DNA of 58,962 nucleotides from Alphaproteobacteria bacterium. Lineage in GTDB: Bacteria > Pseudomonadota > Alphaproteobacteria > Rs-D84 > CACZYB01. Below the pieces are notes generated by a model. The model did not search any database, was not told the origin of the DNA, and was given only the letters and a program-made list of their open reading frames with translations. This document shows, one piece after another, positions 19,006 to 27,885 of the stretch. The DNA lies in the NCBI GenBank assembly GCA_009785175.1, contig WQWV01000001.1, positions 1 through 58,962 on the forward strand, in the 5' to 3' direction. Position numbers and translations under genes: made by a program. Each line of letters starts with the position of its first letter. Positions within the stretch are counted from its first letter, which is position 1.

Positions 19006-20119
19006 ATTTTATATTCCACCTAAGCTCGTTCCCGTCGCGTAGAATCACGCGCGAGCCGGATATGCCCTTTGCGTCAACGCGCGAGCGGGTGCGTTCGGCA
19101 TCGGATTGGGTTGCGAATTCGCCAAGACGGACCTTATAGAAAGTCTGTCCGCCCTGCACGGCTTTGAATATTTTTACTTGGCCAAGGTCGGTTATGCGGT
19201 TCTTCATGGCCTCGGCGCGGTCAAAACTCGAGTATGCTCCGACCTGGACATAGAAATTACCGGTCGCCGCCGAAATATCCTCCACAGGAGCAGGCATGGG
19301 AGCAGGAGCTGGTGCAGGCATGGGCTCAGGCGCCGGGACAACCGCTATAGGCCGCGGTGGCACGCGCACAGGCGCGGGCGCAGGCTCTGGCTCTGGCTCG
19401 GGCGCTCGCGGTGCGGGCGAAACCTCGACACGCTCCCTCATTCCGGGAATAAGCGTGGCGTTTCGCACATCGGGCTGGAACACATTGTCGGTATTCTCTC
19501 CGCGCATGGCAAGATTCTTAAGATGCAAACTCTGCTCGGGAAGTATTTCTACGCGAACCCTCGCCGTCCCTTCTTCCTTCATGCCAAGGACGCCTGCGGC
19601 AGCCGAGCTGACGTCTATAATTCGGTCGCGCGCGAACGGTCCTCGGTCGTTGATCTTAAGGTTAAGCGACGCTCCGGTGTCAAGGTTTGTAACACGGACA
19701 AGCGAGGGCATAGGAAGCGTTCTGTGCGCCGCAGTGAACGCGTCCATGTCGAAGATTTCTCCGTTCGAAGTGTTTTTTCCATGGAAGTCAAGACCATACC
19801 ACGAGGCCATTCCGTCCTCTACATAGTTGTAATCCTCGTGCGGGTAATATGGCACGCCGTCGATAAGATAGGGGTTTCCGATTTTATATGTTCCGACCTG
19901 GCCGAACGCCGCGCCTGCGCCTTGTGCCTCGCGCACTACGATATTCTGGGCGTTGGCAAGTTGGGCGGCTACTTCGGGCGAAGTGCCTTCGAACTCGCTT
20001 GCGTCAAACGCGGGCCGAGCGGGCTCGACACCGGGATTTGTTATCGAACGTATCGGCACCTGCTGCTGCGGGGCGCAAGCTCCTAAAATAAGGACTAACG
20101 ATATTATGCGGCTTTTCAT
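19004..20119 (-). CDS. rlpA: septal ring lytic transglycosylase RlpA family lipoprotein with SPOR domain
   Basis: Lipobox LILGAC after the ATG at 20119, a DPBB core (ASWYG...HRTLPMPSLVRVTNL...INDRGPF), a Pro/Ala-rich linker and a C-terminal SPOR domain (YVQVGAYSSFDRA). Confidence 0.85.
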   Translation of the reverse strand: MKSRIISLVLILGACAPQQQVPIRSITNPGVEPARPAFDASEFEGTSPEVAAQLANAQNIVVREAQGAGAAFGQVGTYKIGNPYLIDGVPYYPHEDYNYVEDGMASWYGLDFHGKNTSNGEIFDMDAFTAAHRTLPMPSLVRVTNLDTGASLNLKINDRGPFARDRIIDVSSAAAGVLGMKEEGTARVRVEILPEQSLHLKNLAMRGENTDNVFQPDVRNATLIPGMRERVEVSPAPRAPEPEPEPAPAPVRVPPRPIAVVPAPEPMPAPAPAPMPAPVEDISAATGNFYVQVGAYSSFDRAEAMKNRITDLGQVKIFKAVQGGQTFYKVRLGEFATQSDAERTRSRVDAKGISGSRVILRDGNELRWNIK

Positions 20120-20250
20120 GACTCCTCCGTATCTAAGAATTATAACACCTGGGATTGTTTTTTGCAAGCGCTAGTCCGGACTATCTGCCTACTGCAGTGC
20201 ATCGCCGAAAATGATACCATTTATCAATGTTTAACAAAAGGAGGAGAAAC

Positions 20251-20628
20251 ATGCACAACATAAAACCGTTCGTCGACGAGAAGATCAAACTGATGAACAA
20301 GAAGTTCAGGAACGAGCCCAAGGAAATCACGGCGTTCTGTATCCTATCCCGTCTGCAAAGCAAGCTCGGCTGCGTAAGCAAAGAGGTCTGCAAGGAGTTC
20401 GGCTATGCCAAACCGGATGTTATGGACGAGCCTATGTGCGGGGGCCGCAAGATAGCCGGCCTTATCATCAAGGCATACCTTTTGGGCGAATTTTTGGGCT
20501 TCGATATGAACAAAGAACTTGCGACCAAAGTCAAAATGGGCAAACAAAAACTGAAAATGAAGGAGGCCATGATGAAGCCAGCAGCGAACAAACCTGCCGC
20601 CAGAAAAAAAACGGCAAGAAGGAAGTAA
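20251..20628 (+). CDS. hypothetical protein with basic C-terminal tail
   Basis: ORF with the ATG at 20251 preceded by AAGGAGGA. No family recognised. Confidence 0.45.
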   Translation: MHNIKPFVDEKIKLMNKKFRNEPKEITAFCILSRLQSKLGCVSKEVCKEFGYAKPDVMDEPMCGGRKIAGLIIKAYLLGEFLGFDMNKELATKVKMGKQKLKMKEAMMKPAANKPAARKKTARRK

Positions 20629-20647
20629 TGACTTCTCTCTCGATCTG

Positions 20648-20680
20648 AAATTCCCCGTCGCACAGGCGGGGAATTTTTAT
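20648..20680 (+). terminator. rho-independent terminator
   Basis: Stem AAATTCCCCG / CGGGGAATTT followed by a T-run, directly after the 20628 stop. Confidence 0.7.
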
Positions 20681-20718
20681 TATTGAAACGCCTGGCCTTT
20701 GGGTATAAAATCATCCAA

Positions 20719-21690
20719 ATGAACAACACTACTCTCTCCGCGCTTAGGGACAAAATCCTCGCCGGTCATAAGATTACAAAGCCCGAGTCGATAGCCCTCA
20801 TCGACGCCGACCTGACAAGCCTCCGCGCTGCCGCCGACGAAATCCGCAACCACTTCTGCGGCGACAAGTTCGACATCTGCACCATAGTCAACGCCAAGTC
20901 CGGCAAATGCACCGAGAATTGCAAATGGTGCGCGCAATCCAAATTCCACAAGACAGGGGTTAAGGAATATCCACTACTAGATTCCACCGCGCTTACCAAA
21001 GAGGCGCTCTACAACCATTCCAAAGGCATATTGCGCTATTCCATAGTAAGTTCGGGCCGCAAACTAAGCGACGCCGAAATCGACCAAGTCTGCGCAAGTT
21101 TCAAGGCGATCGGCGCCGCCTGCGACATCTCGCTCTGCGCGTCTGTGGGCTTGATAAACTACGAACAATTCGTAAAGCTAAAATCCGCCGGTGTCAGCCG
21201 CTATCACAACAACCTCGAAACCTCGCGCCGGCATTTCCCGAACCTTTGCACCACGCATACCTACGACGATAAAGTTTCTGCGATAAAGGACGCCCAGCGC
21301 GCGGGCCTTGTGGTCTGCAGCGGCGGCATAATGGGCATGGGCGAAACGTGGGAGGATCGGATCGACCTAGCGCTTGATATCCGGGAACTTGGTATAAAAT
21401 CTACGCCGGTGAATTTTTTACAACCTATAACGGGCACGGCGCTTGAAAATCAAAAACCTCTAAGCGCCGACGAAGGCCTCCGCATCCTCGCCATATATAG
21501 GTTTATCCTCCCCGACTCGGCCATACGCCTTGCCGGCGGCCGGAATATCTTCGACGACAAAGGCAAAGCGGCTTTCGGCTCCGGCGCCAACGCCGCGATT
21601 TCCGGCGACATGCTGACCACGCTCGGCACGAACATAGATGATGACATGAAGTTGATATACGAACTCGGATACAAGGCCGAAAAAATATGA
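20719..21690 (+). CDS. bioB: biotin synthase
   Basis: Radical SAM motif CTENCKWC, with YHNNLETS and GGIMGMGE motifs. Start taken at ATG 20719 (MNNTTLS). Confidence 0.9.
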   Translation: MNNTTLSALRDKILAGHKITKPESIALIDADLTSLRAAADEIRNHFCGDKFDICTIVNAKSGKCTENCKWCAQSKFHKTGVKEYPLLDSTALTKEALYNHSKGILRYSIVSSGRKLSDAEIDQVCASFKAIGAACDISLCASVGLINYEQFVKLKSAGVSRYHNNLETSRRHFPNLCTTHTYDDKVSAIKDAQRAGLVVCSGGIMGMGETWEDRIDLALDIRELGIKSTPVNFLQPITGTALENQKPLSADEGLRILAIYRFILPDSAIRLAGGRNIFDDKGKAAFGSGANAAISGDMLTTLGTNIDDDMKLIYELGYKAEKI

Positions 21691-22373
21691 GCAAAGGCAT
21701 TTTCATCACCGGCACCACGACCGAAATCGGCAAGACATTCGTATCCGCGCTTGTGGTAAAAAAACTGCGCGATGCAGGCATAGACTCCGGATACTACAAG
21801 GCTGCTGCAAGCGGGAACGAGCGGGACGCAAGCGGAGCTATCATAGCGGGCGACGCCAAGCATGTCTGCGACATTTCCGGCCTGCCGGAAAAACCGGAAA
21901 ACCTCGTGAGCTACCTCTACGAAATCGCGGTTTCCCCGCACCTTGCCGCCCAAATCGAAAACCTTCCGATAGAGATGGGCAAAGTCGCCGCCGACTATGA
22001 AAACCTCGCCCGAAAATTCGATTTCATGGTTGTCGAAGGCGCCGGGGGAATCGTCTGCCCGCTCCGGCTCGACAAGCAAAAAATCATGCAGATCGACGTG
22101 ATAAAAAAACTTGGGTATGAAATTTTAATAGTCGCACCCGCAGCGCTTGGCACGATCAACGCAACGGTCTTGACCGTCGAATACGCCCGTTCGCAAGGCA
22201 TAGGGATAAAGGGCGTAATCATGAATAATTTCGAGGCCGGAAACTTTCTTCACGAGGATAATAAGGTTCAAATCGAAGCTCTGGCCGGCATACCCGTAAT
22301 AGCGACGGTAGCGCCTGACGCAACGGATTTCGATGCCGCGAAACTTATAGGTTTGCTAACGCTTCCTGCTTAA
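21687..22373 (+). CDS. bioD: dethiobiotin synthase
   Basis: P-loop GTTTEIGKT and the VVEGAGG motif, with a 4-nt overlap with bioB. Confidence 0.85.
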   Translation: MSKGIFITGTTTEIGKTFVSALVVKKLRDAGIDSGYYKAAASGNERDASGAIIAGDAKHVCDISGLPEKPENLVSYLYEIAVSPHLAAQIENLPIEMGKVAADYENLARKFDFMVVEGAGGIVCPLRLDKQKIMQIDVIKKLGYEILIVAPAALGTINATVLTVEYARSQGIGIKGVIMNNFEAGNFLHEDNKVQIEALAGIPVIATVAPDATDFDAAKLIGLLTLPA

Positions 22374-22935
22374 GATTTTTGATCTGCGCTGGCGATAAAT
22401 GCCCGGGCTTCTGCGATTCGTCATACACCTTGAACTCGGCGGCAAGCTCTTTGGCTATGCGCGTCCCTTCGACAAGCATAGCGCTTTTCCAAGTTGTGTG
22501 CGTATCGTAATCGCACCTGGCCACATCGTTTTTACAAACCGGCCCTGGCGGAGCTTTTGCTGCCTCGGCTTCATGAACCGTAAATTGCGTGGCAAGGTTT
22601 TCGACCGTCGTGGTGGTCGACACAGGCTCGGCGCGCGGCACTATTTTCTCGCCCACGGCGGCAAGCTTGCGTTCGATTTCGGCGCTAAGGGACGGTTTCT
22701 TAGCGATGACTTCGCGCACAGCCTGCGGCTTGGTCATCTCTGCGATTTCCCGATCGACTTCGGCCTTGGGTAAAAGCTCTCCGGCCATAGCGGCGATTTT
22801 ATCCTCGACCGCCGATTTAAGCGAATCCATGGGCTTTTTAACAGGGGCGGCCTCCTCTTTCACTTCCTCGACCGCAACCGCCGCGTTCGGATTGAACTCG
22901 GTCGGAATAGCGAATGTTTCGGGTATAGGCGCCAT
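22345..22935 (-). CDS. hypothetical protein
   Basis: 196-aa ORF directly downstream of the M16 peptidase on the same strand. It is Ala/Glu/Pro-rich with no recognisable domain, and its 3' end overlaps the bioD 3' end. Confidence 0.35.
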   Translation of the reverse strand: MAPIPETFAIPTEFNPNAAVAVEEVKEEAAPVKKPMDSLKSAVEDKIAAMAGELLPKAEVDREIAEMTKPQAVREVIAKKPSLSAEIERKLAAVGEKIVPRAEPVSTTTTVENLATQFTVHEAEAAKAPPGPVCKNDVARCDYDTHTTWKSAMLVEGTRIAKELAAEFKVYDESQKPGHLSPAQIKNLKQEALANL

Positions 22936-22959
22936 GCGTGTATTATATCACAAATCCAA

Positions 22960-24225
22960 CTACAAAACAAATCGTTTTTTAACACCCTCGGCGGTCAAGT
23001 TTCCTATCCTCCCAACCGCGCCGACACAAGCGCTTGATGAAAATACCCGCCGCGCAGCCGCAAGCGCTTCGTCGCCAGTCAACGCATCAACAGCCGCGAT
23101 TCGCCGCGCGAAAAAGTCGTCGCCCTCGCCTACCTGCCATCGTTTGGCAAGCGCCGCCGCGCGGTATTTAAGCGATTCCAAACCCATAAGCGCCGAAGCC
23201 CGAAGCGACACCTTCGCCCGCGACAATTCCGCATCCGTAATCCCCCCATCGCACAACCCTTGCACCACCGCGCCGCATTCGTCAAGAAGCGGAGCAAGTT
23301 TAGCTTCCTCTGTAGCGAATGAAATAGAAGCAAGCCCGCTGCGATTGAACACGTTCATTCCCGCGCCGATGTGATATGCAAGGTTTTTCTCTTCGCGCAC
23401 GCGCTGGAACAAACGCGAGCTCATCCCGCCGCCAAGCGCCAACAAGGCGACTTCTTGGGCCACCTGCTCGGCAACCGAAGAATCTGCGCCCACTCCGTCG
23501 AATCCGATGACTACGTTCGCCTGCTCAAGGTCTTTGGCGACGATTCGCGCACCAGCCTCGTAATTACAGCGCACAGCCGAACCGGCGCCCGCCGCGAACC
23601 CTCCGAAATATTTTTCCGCCATATCGAAGACGGCTTCGATGTCCACATTTCCCGACACGATTACCGCCATGTCGCCAGCCCTATAACGCGCAGCGACGTA
23701 TGCCTTCATATCCTCGGCGGTAATGGCGCGTATGGTCTCGCGCGTTCCGATAAGCGTGCGCCCAAGCGGCTGCCCCCCGTATGCCGCGCCGAAAAAATAA
23801 TCCCACACAAGCGATTCCGGGTCGTCAAGGCTAGAGAAGTATTCTTGCAATATGACCTCGCGCTCTTTTTCCACCTCGCGCGGATCGAAAAGCGAATTCA
23901 AAAGCAAATCGGAAAGCATTTCCATATTGAATTCCAAATGTTCCTTAAGCGATCGGATATAGTAATACGTCCGCTCCATGGAAGTGGCGGCGTTGATTTC
24001 CCCGCCGATATTCTCGACCTGCTCGGCGATTTGCTGATAGTCGCGTTTTGCCGTGCCCTTGAACATCATGTGCTCTACGAAATGTGATATACCGTTCAAA
24101 GGATCCGGTTCAAAGGCAAGACCCGCGCGCGTATGCACTCCGATGAACACGCTGGCGACCGAAGGCACAGCGTCAACGATGACGGTCATTCCGTTTCTAA
24201 GGGTTTTTTGTATTCCGCTAAGCAT
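22960..24225 (-). CDS. M16 family (pitrilysin-like) zinc peptidase
   Basis: 421 aa with the inverted zinc motif HFVEH followed by MFKGT. Confidence 0.85.
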   Translation of the reverse strand: MLSGIQKTLRNGMTVIVDAVPSVASVFIGVHTRAGLAFEPDPLNGISHFVEHMMFKGTAKRDYQQIAEQVENIGGEINAATSMERTYYYIRSLKEHLEFNMEMLSDLLLNSLFDPREVEKEREVILQEYFSSLDDPESLVWDYFFGAAYGGQPLGRTLIGTRETIRAITAEDMKAYVAARYRAGDMAVIVSGNVDIEAVFDMAEKYFGGFAAGAGSAVRCNYEAGARIVAKDLEQANVVIGFDGVGADSSVAEQVAQEVALLALGGGMSSRLFQRVREEKNLAYHIGAGMNVFNRSGLASISFATEEAKLAPLLDECGAVVQGLCDGGITDAELSRAKVSLRASALMGLESLKYRAAALAKRWQVGEGDDFFARRIAAVDALTGDEALAAARRVFSSSACVGAVGRIGNLTAEGVKKRFVL

Positions 24226-24298
24226 GCGTGGATTGTAAAGGAAAATTGGGGCTTGTCAACCGCTGCGCCCTACCCTACAATTCCGACAAAGGAAAAAG

Positions 24299-25264
24299 AT
24301 GGATAAATTCAAGTCTGCATATTTCAAGTCGAATAACCTGGACTCGATACGATGGGTCATGGCCGACAACCTTAAATACTGGCCGGTATCGAAACAGCTT
24401 ACCGAACACCAGCGCTTGTTTATGAAAAGCAAATGGTTCATGCCGTATCTTAAATTCATGTTCAAACTTACAGGCAAGCCCAGCATCCCGATTCTCGACA
24501 TTCCGATCACCACGCGCTGCACTTTGAAATGCAGGAATTGCTCGCATAACATGCCATATTACAAAAGCCACGCGCCGAATTTGACGTTCGAACAGTTCAA
24601 GAAGGATATCGACAAGCTCTTGGCATCATGCGATATAATATATAATCTAAGCTTTATCGGCGGCGAAACTCTGCTTAACAAAGATCTCCCGTCGATGATA
24701 GACTATTGTGAAAGGAGAAAACAGATTTTCCATATCACATTCTCGACCAATACCACAATTACCCCCCCCCACGAGTTATTGGATACATTGAAAAAGTCGA
24801 AGAAGACCATAACTCGCATATCGGATTACTCGTGCAATTCCGAGCTTGGCGGCAAAATCGATGTCGCCGGTTGGAAGAAAACGCTCGATGAAAACCACAT
24901 TCCCTATTTCATAAGCGAGGCCGAAGCTTGGCATTGCATGCCCGAAATCCGCCGCGACGATGCACGCCCACGCCATAGGGTCGAGGAGGAATTCCGCAAA
25001 TGCTATTGCTTCCGCAAGATACAGAATCTATACAACGGCCGCCTGCTCCCATGCCCGAACGCGAAGTATTTTGCCAACATTCACCCGGATTACAAATTCG
25101 CCGAACTCGAGAACATAGATATACATGCCAAAAGCAAAAAGGATTTGACCAAAGCCCTGATCGAATTCTATTCTCTTCCGTATTATCGGGTTTGCAGCTT
25201 CTGTCATTCGGGTATTGATACCTGGAGCAATAACCTACCCATAGCAGAGCAGATTAAAGATTAA
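24299..25264 (+). CDS. radical SAM protein (function unknown) containing an in-frame C9 tract
   Basis: Has a CxxxCxxC cluster (TTRCTLKCRNCSH), IGGETLLN and a Cys-rich C-terminus. The segment is AT-richer than its flanks. Confidence 0.7.
   Translation: MDKFKSAYFKSNNLDSIRWVMADNLKYWPVSKQLTEHQRLFMKSKWFMPYLKFMFKLTGKPSIPILDIPITTRCTLKCRNCSHNMPYYKSHAPNLTFEQFKKDIDKLLASCDIIYNLSFIGGETLLNKDLPSMIDYCERRKQIFHITFSTNTTITPPHELLDTLKKSKKTITRISDYSCNSELGGKIDVAGWKKTLDENHIPYFISEAEAWHCMPEIRRDDARPRHRVEEEFRKCYCFRKIQNLYNGRLLPCPNAKYFANIHPDYKFAELENIDIHAKSKKDLTKALIEFYSLPYYRVCSFCHSGIDTWSNNLPIAEQIKD
24762..24770. repeat. C9 homopolymer inside radical SAM CDS
   Basis: Read as acc ccc ccc cac (T-P-P-H), in frame as sequenced. 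Confidence 0.95.
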
Positions 25265-25322
25265 AGTTTTAATACTATCTTTAAGAACTCGTCAAGCCGT
25301 GCGAGAAGCAAGTATTTAAGAT

Positions 25323-25367
25323 AAACCCCTCGGGAGTGGACCTTATGCTTCCATGACCGAGGGGTTT
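25323..25367. terminator. bidirectional hairpin between convergent genes
   Basis: AAACCCCTCGG ... CCGAGGGGTTT, an 11-bp stem between the radical SAM gene (+) and the OMP gene (-). Confidence 0.6.
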
Positions 25368-25408
25368 GCTTGCAAAATGCGCCGCTAATCGTGCGGGTTC
25401 ACGAGTTC

Positions 25409-25915
25409 CTAGAAATATACGCGGGCTTTGACCAAAGCAGCTTTTATGTATTGAGTATCATCGCCCAAATCAAGCGGGATATAGCGTAATTCTACGCCGC
25501 CGGCTATGGGGAACATTGGTATGTTAAGATCAAGCCCGGCCATATAGGAAAGATTCTCGTGGCTTCCGGAAACCCCGCGCACCTGATAGCTTGCGATGCC
25601 CATGCCGATATATGGTTTCAATATAGGAAGCAGCGGAAGGCCGACCAGCGCGTTCACTCCGATACCCCAGGTCTGCGCACGATCGTCGAAGTTGTATTGC
25701 GCGTATTCAAGCTCGGCACGGATCGGAACCACTGGAATGGGAAGGTCTATACCGGCATACATGGACCACGCTCCGCCCTTGCCCATGTCATAGCGGTCGG
25801 TATCGTCGTGAAGCGAAGCGCGCGACGTTCCGCCCGAACCTCCTATATACTTCCCGAACGCCGACGCATCGGCCGCCGCGAAAACAAGCGCGAACGCAAA
25901 TAGGTAATTTTTCAT
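25409..25915 (-). CDS. small outer-membrane beta-barrel protein (OmpA-like barrel/OmpW-type)
   Basis: Signal peptide, alternating-hydrophobicity strands and a C-terminal aromatic residue (ARVYF). Confidence 0.7.
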   Translation of the reverse strand: MKNYLFAFALVFAAADASAFGKYIGGSGGTSRASLHDDTDRYDMGKGGAWSMYAGIDLPIPVVPIRAELEYAQYNFDDRAQTWGIGVNALVGLPLLPILKPYIGMGIASYQVRGVSGSHENLSYMAGLDLNIPMFPIAGGVELRYIPLDLGDDTQYIKAALVKARVYF

Positions 25916-26021
25916 AATCGTTCCTTTCCTTTGTTTATGATTTGATTATACTCCTTTCCGCCCGGATAAGTCAAGCTTCCTGCACACCCCTTAAATTTAT
26001 CTTTACAAACGGAAACAATAG

Positions 26022-26049
26022 TTGATATCCTAGCAATAGGAATTAAATA
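26022..26049 (+). promoter_or_regulatory. sigma70-type promoter candidate for the 26062 cassette
   Basis: TTGATA, 16 nt, TAAATA. The spacer contains the palindrome CCTAgcaaTAGG. SD AAGGAG lies before the ATG at 26062. Confidence 0.35.
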
Positions 26050-26061
26050 AAAGGAGTCGAC

Positions 26062-26508
26062 ATGCAAGAATGGATATTGGTTAACGCGTGGCTTTGTGCA
26101 GCCGGCTGGTGCGCCGCGACGCTTACGCTTTTGCTTAAAAAGAAGCTTCCCGGCCGCCTGACGGTTCTGACCTTCGGGCTTGTCGGCACGTTCGCCCTGA
26201 CGCTGGTGTGCCTTATGGCCGCGGCGGCCCAGAATACCGAGCTTGTCGCCGGCGGAGTCCTTGCGGCTCTGTCCACAAGCGCATTTGCAGTGGCCCTCGA
26301 GTTCCTAAGGAAAGTTCCCGACGCGGCGCCTGTCGTTGTCGTGGGCGCGACCGCGGACGCCAAAGAGCTTCAAAAGCTTCGCAAAGACACAGAGGCGGCG
26401 ATAAACCTTTTGGGCGAAAACATCACGGACGTGGCGGAACTGCTTGACCGCAATCACAAGAAGCTGGCCAAAAACGCCAAATCCGCCATCGAAGGCAGCG
26501 GTGAATAA
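26062..26508 (+). CDS. minimal MotA/TolQ/ExbB-like three-TM protein with charged helical tail
   Basis: 148 aa with three hydrophobic helices. Helices 2-3 read GLVGTF...AALSTSAFAVALE, resembling the proton-channel family signature. The C-terminal ~60 aa are charged and helical. Confidence 0.5.
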   Translation: MQEWILVNAWLCAAGWCAATLTLLLKKKLPGRLTVLTFGLVGTFALTLVCLMAAAAQNTELVAGGVLAALSTSAFAVALEFLRKVPDAAPVVVVGATADAKELQKLRKDTEAAINLLGENITDVAELLDRNHKKLAKNAKSAIEGSGE

Positions 26509-26509
26509 C

Positions 26510-27193
26510 ATGGTCGCGAAAAATCTTAAATTGAAAAACCTCAAGGAAAAGTTCAAATACGACAGCCTTGGATATTTCCCGGCGGTTGCGGGCATGGCGG
26601 TTGTCGCCGCCCTCGCTCTTGCATTCATATTGGCTGTTCGGCTTGGCGCCGGATGCGAACAACGGGCGGGCGAAATCGTCCGCGTGCGCGTGCAAAAAAG
26701 CCATGATAATATACTGGAGGCCTTCCGCGCGGAGTTCGCCGAAGACGCGGCGAAATGGGGCGCCGTCATCGACGACAGCAGGATTTCCATCTCGTTCGCC
26801 GCAAGCGATATGCTTTTCTGGATCGACTCTTCGGATGTGCGTGAAAACCTAAAGAAAGCGCTTGCCGACTTCTTCCCTCGCTATGTCGCCTTCGCCCGCC
26901 GCTTCCCCGACGAAGTCGATAGCATACAGGTCGAGGGACACACCGATACCACCGGCGATTACCTCTACAACATGAAGCTGTCGCAGGATAGGTCGCGAAA
27001 CGTGCTTGCCCATTGCTTCCGCATAGCGCCCGCAGGCGACCGCGCCTGGCTCGAGGAAAACTTCATGGCCACCGGCGCGTCCTATGCCCGCCCCGCCGCG
27101 AACGACGCCAAATCCCGCCGCGTAGAATTTAACCTCAAGCTCAACCCAAGCAAAATTATCGAAAAAGACACCAAAAAATCGAGGAGGAAATAA
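26510..27193 (+). CDS. MotB/OmpA-like peptidoglycan-binding membrane protein
   Basis: Start ATG is 1 nt after the upstream stop. It has a single TM preceded by Asp (KYDSLGYFPAVAG) and an OmpA-like domain VEGHTDTTGD...NMKLSQDRSRNV...SRRVEFNL. Confidence 0.75.
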   Translation: MVAKNLKLKNLKEKFKYDSLGYFPAVAGMAVVAALALAFILAVRLGAGCEQRAGEIVRVRVQKSHDNILEAFRAEFAEDAAKWGAVIDDSRISISFAASDMLFWIDSSDVRENLKKALADFFPRYVAFARRFPDEVDSIQVEGHTDTTGDYLYNMKLSQDRSRNVLAHCFRIAPAGDRAWLEENFMATGASYARPAANDAKSRRVEFNLKLNPSKIIEKDTKKSRRK

Positions 27194-27194
27194 T

Positions 27195-27713
27195 ATGAAG
27201 ATAGAATTGAACCTTACGTTCATGGATCGCCTCTTGCGCCTCAAACGCTCGCTTGACGGCAACGAAATCAAGATCGAAGCACGTGCCGCCCGCCCCGGCC
27301 TTACGCTAAAGGAAGTGCTCGAGATGCTCGACCGCCGCGAACCGGGCAAGGCGTTGCTGAAAAACGGCCGCTGCAACTTCCTTTGGATTCCCGACTTTGA
27401 TACCAACAAGGGAACCAAGAAGGACGAGGATCCCGACCAATGGAACAAGGTCCACCTGACCTTCTGCGACATACTCCAGAACATGGAGAACGCCGGCCGC
27501 GAAGACCGCTATGAATCAACCGAAAATACAAGCGGCGAGTTCAACTGTATCTATAACGACGATTCGGTTGCCAAGAAAAAGCTGCACGTCTGCAAATACT
27601 GTATCGACGCGATTGAAAACTCCGCGCGCTTCGGCTCCTTCAAACAATTCGACTTCGACGCCTTTGCGAAAGAATACAACTTCGAGGGCATAACCGAAGA
27701 AATTGTAAAATAG
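27195..27713 (+). CDS. hypothetical soluble protein with Cys/His cluster
   Basis: 172 aa, with ATG 1 nt after the upstream stop and SD GAGGAGGA. Carries C60, H87/C91, C118 and H131/C133/C136. No family recognised. Confidence 0.6.
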   Translation: MKIELNLTFMDRLLRLKRSLDGNEIKIEARAARPGLTLKEVLEMLDRREPGKALLKNGRCNFLWIPDFDTNKGTKKDEDPDQWNKVHLTFCDILQNMENAGREDRYESTENTSGEFNCIYNDDSVAKKKLHVCKYCIDAIENSARFGSFKQFDFDAFAKEYNFEGITEEIVK

Positions 27714-27832
27714 GTTTCGTAAAAAGTTTGTCAACTTTAGACAAGCCGATTCGCAAAACGCACCGCAACTCACTTCACAATCTCGACGCAAAGCATTGAG
27801 TCGCCGCGAAAATTTCTTCCTAAAAATTTTTG

Positions 27833-27860
27833 TTGAAAAAAAAATCAAACGTTTTATAGT
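27833..27860 (+). promoter_or_regulatory. sigma70-type promoter candidate upstream of HTH regulator
   Basis: TTGAAA, 16 nt (including an A9 run), TATAGT. The inverted repeat TTGTC-N7-GACAA at about 27736-27752 is a possible operator. Confidence 0.35.
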
Positions 27861-27885
27861 TGTGTTGTTAAATAAGGAGAACACC

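Noticed and set aside
19106-20086. 326-aa plus-strand ORF
   Set aside because: It is antisense to rlpA (DPBB + SPOR domains present). This is a shadow ORF.
20719-22373. bioB-bioD without bioA/bioF: incomplete biotin pathway?
   Set aside because: The missing genes may simply lie outside this window, so nothing can be concluded from 59 kb.
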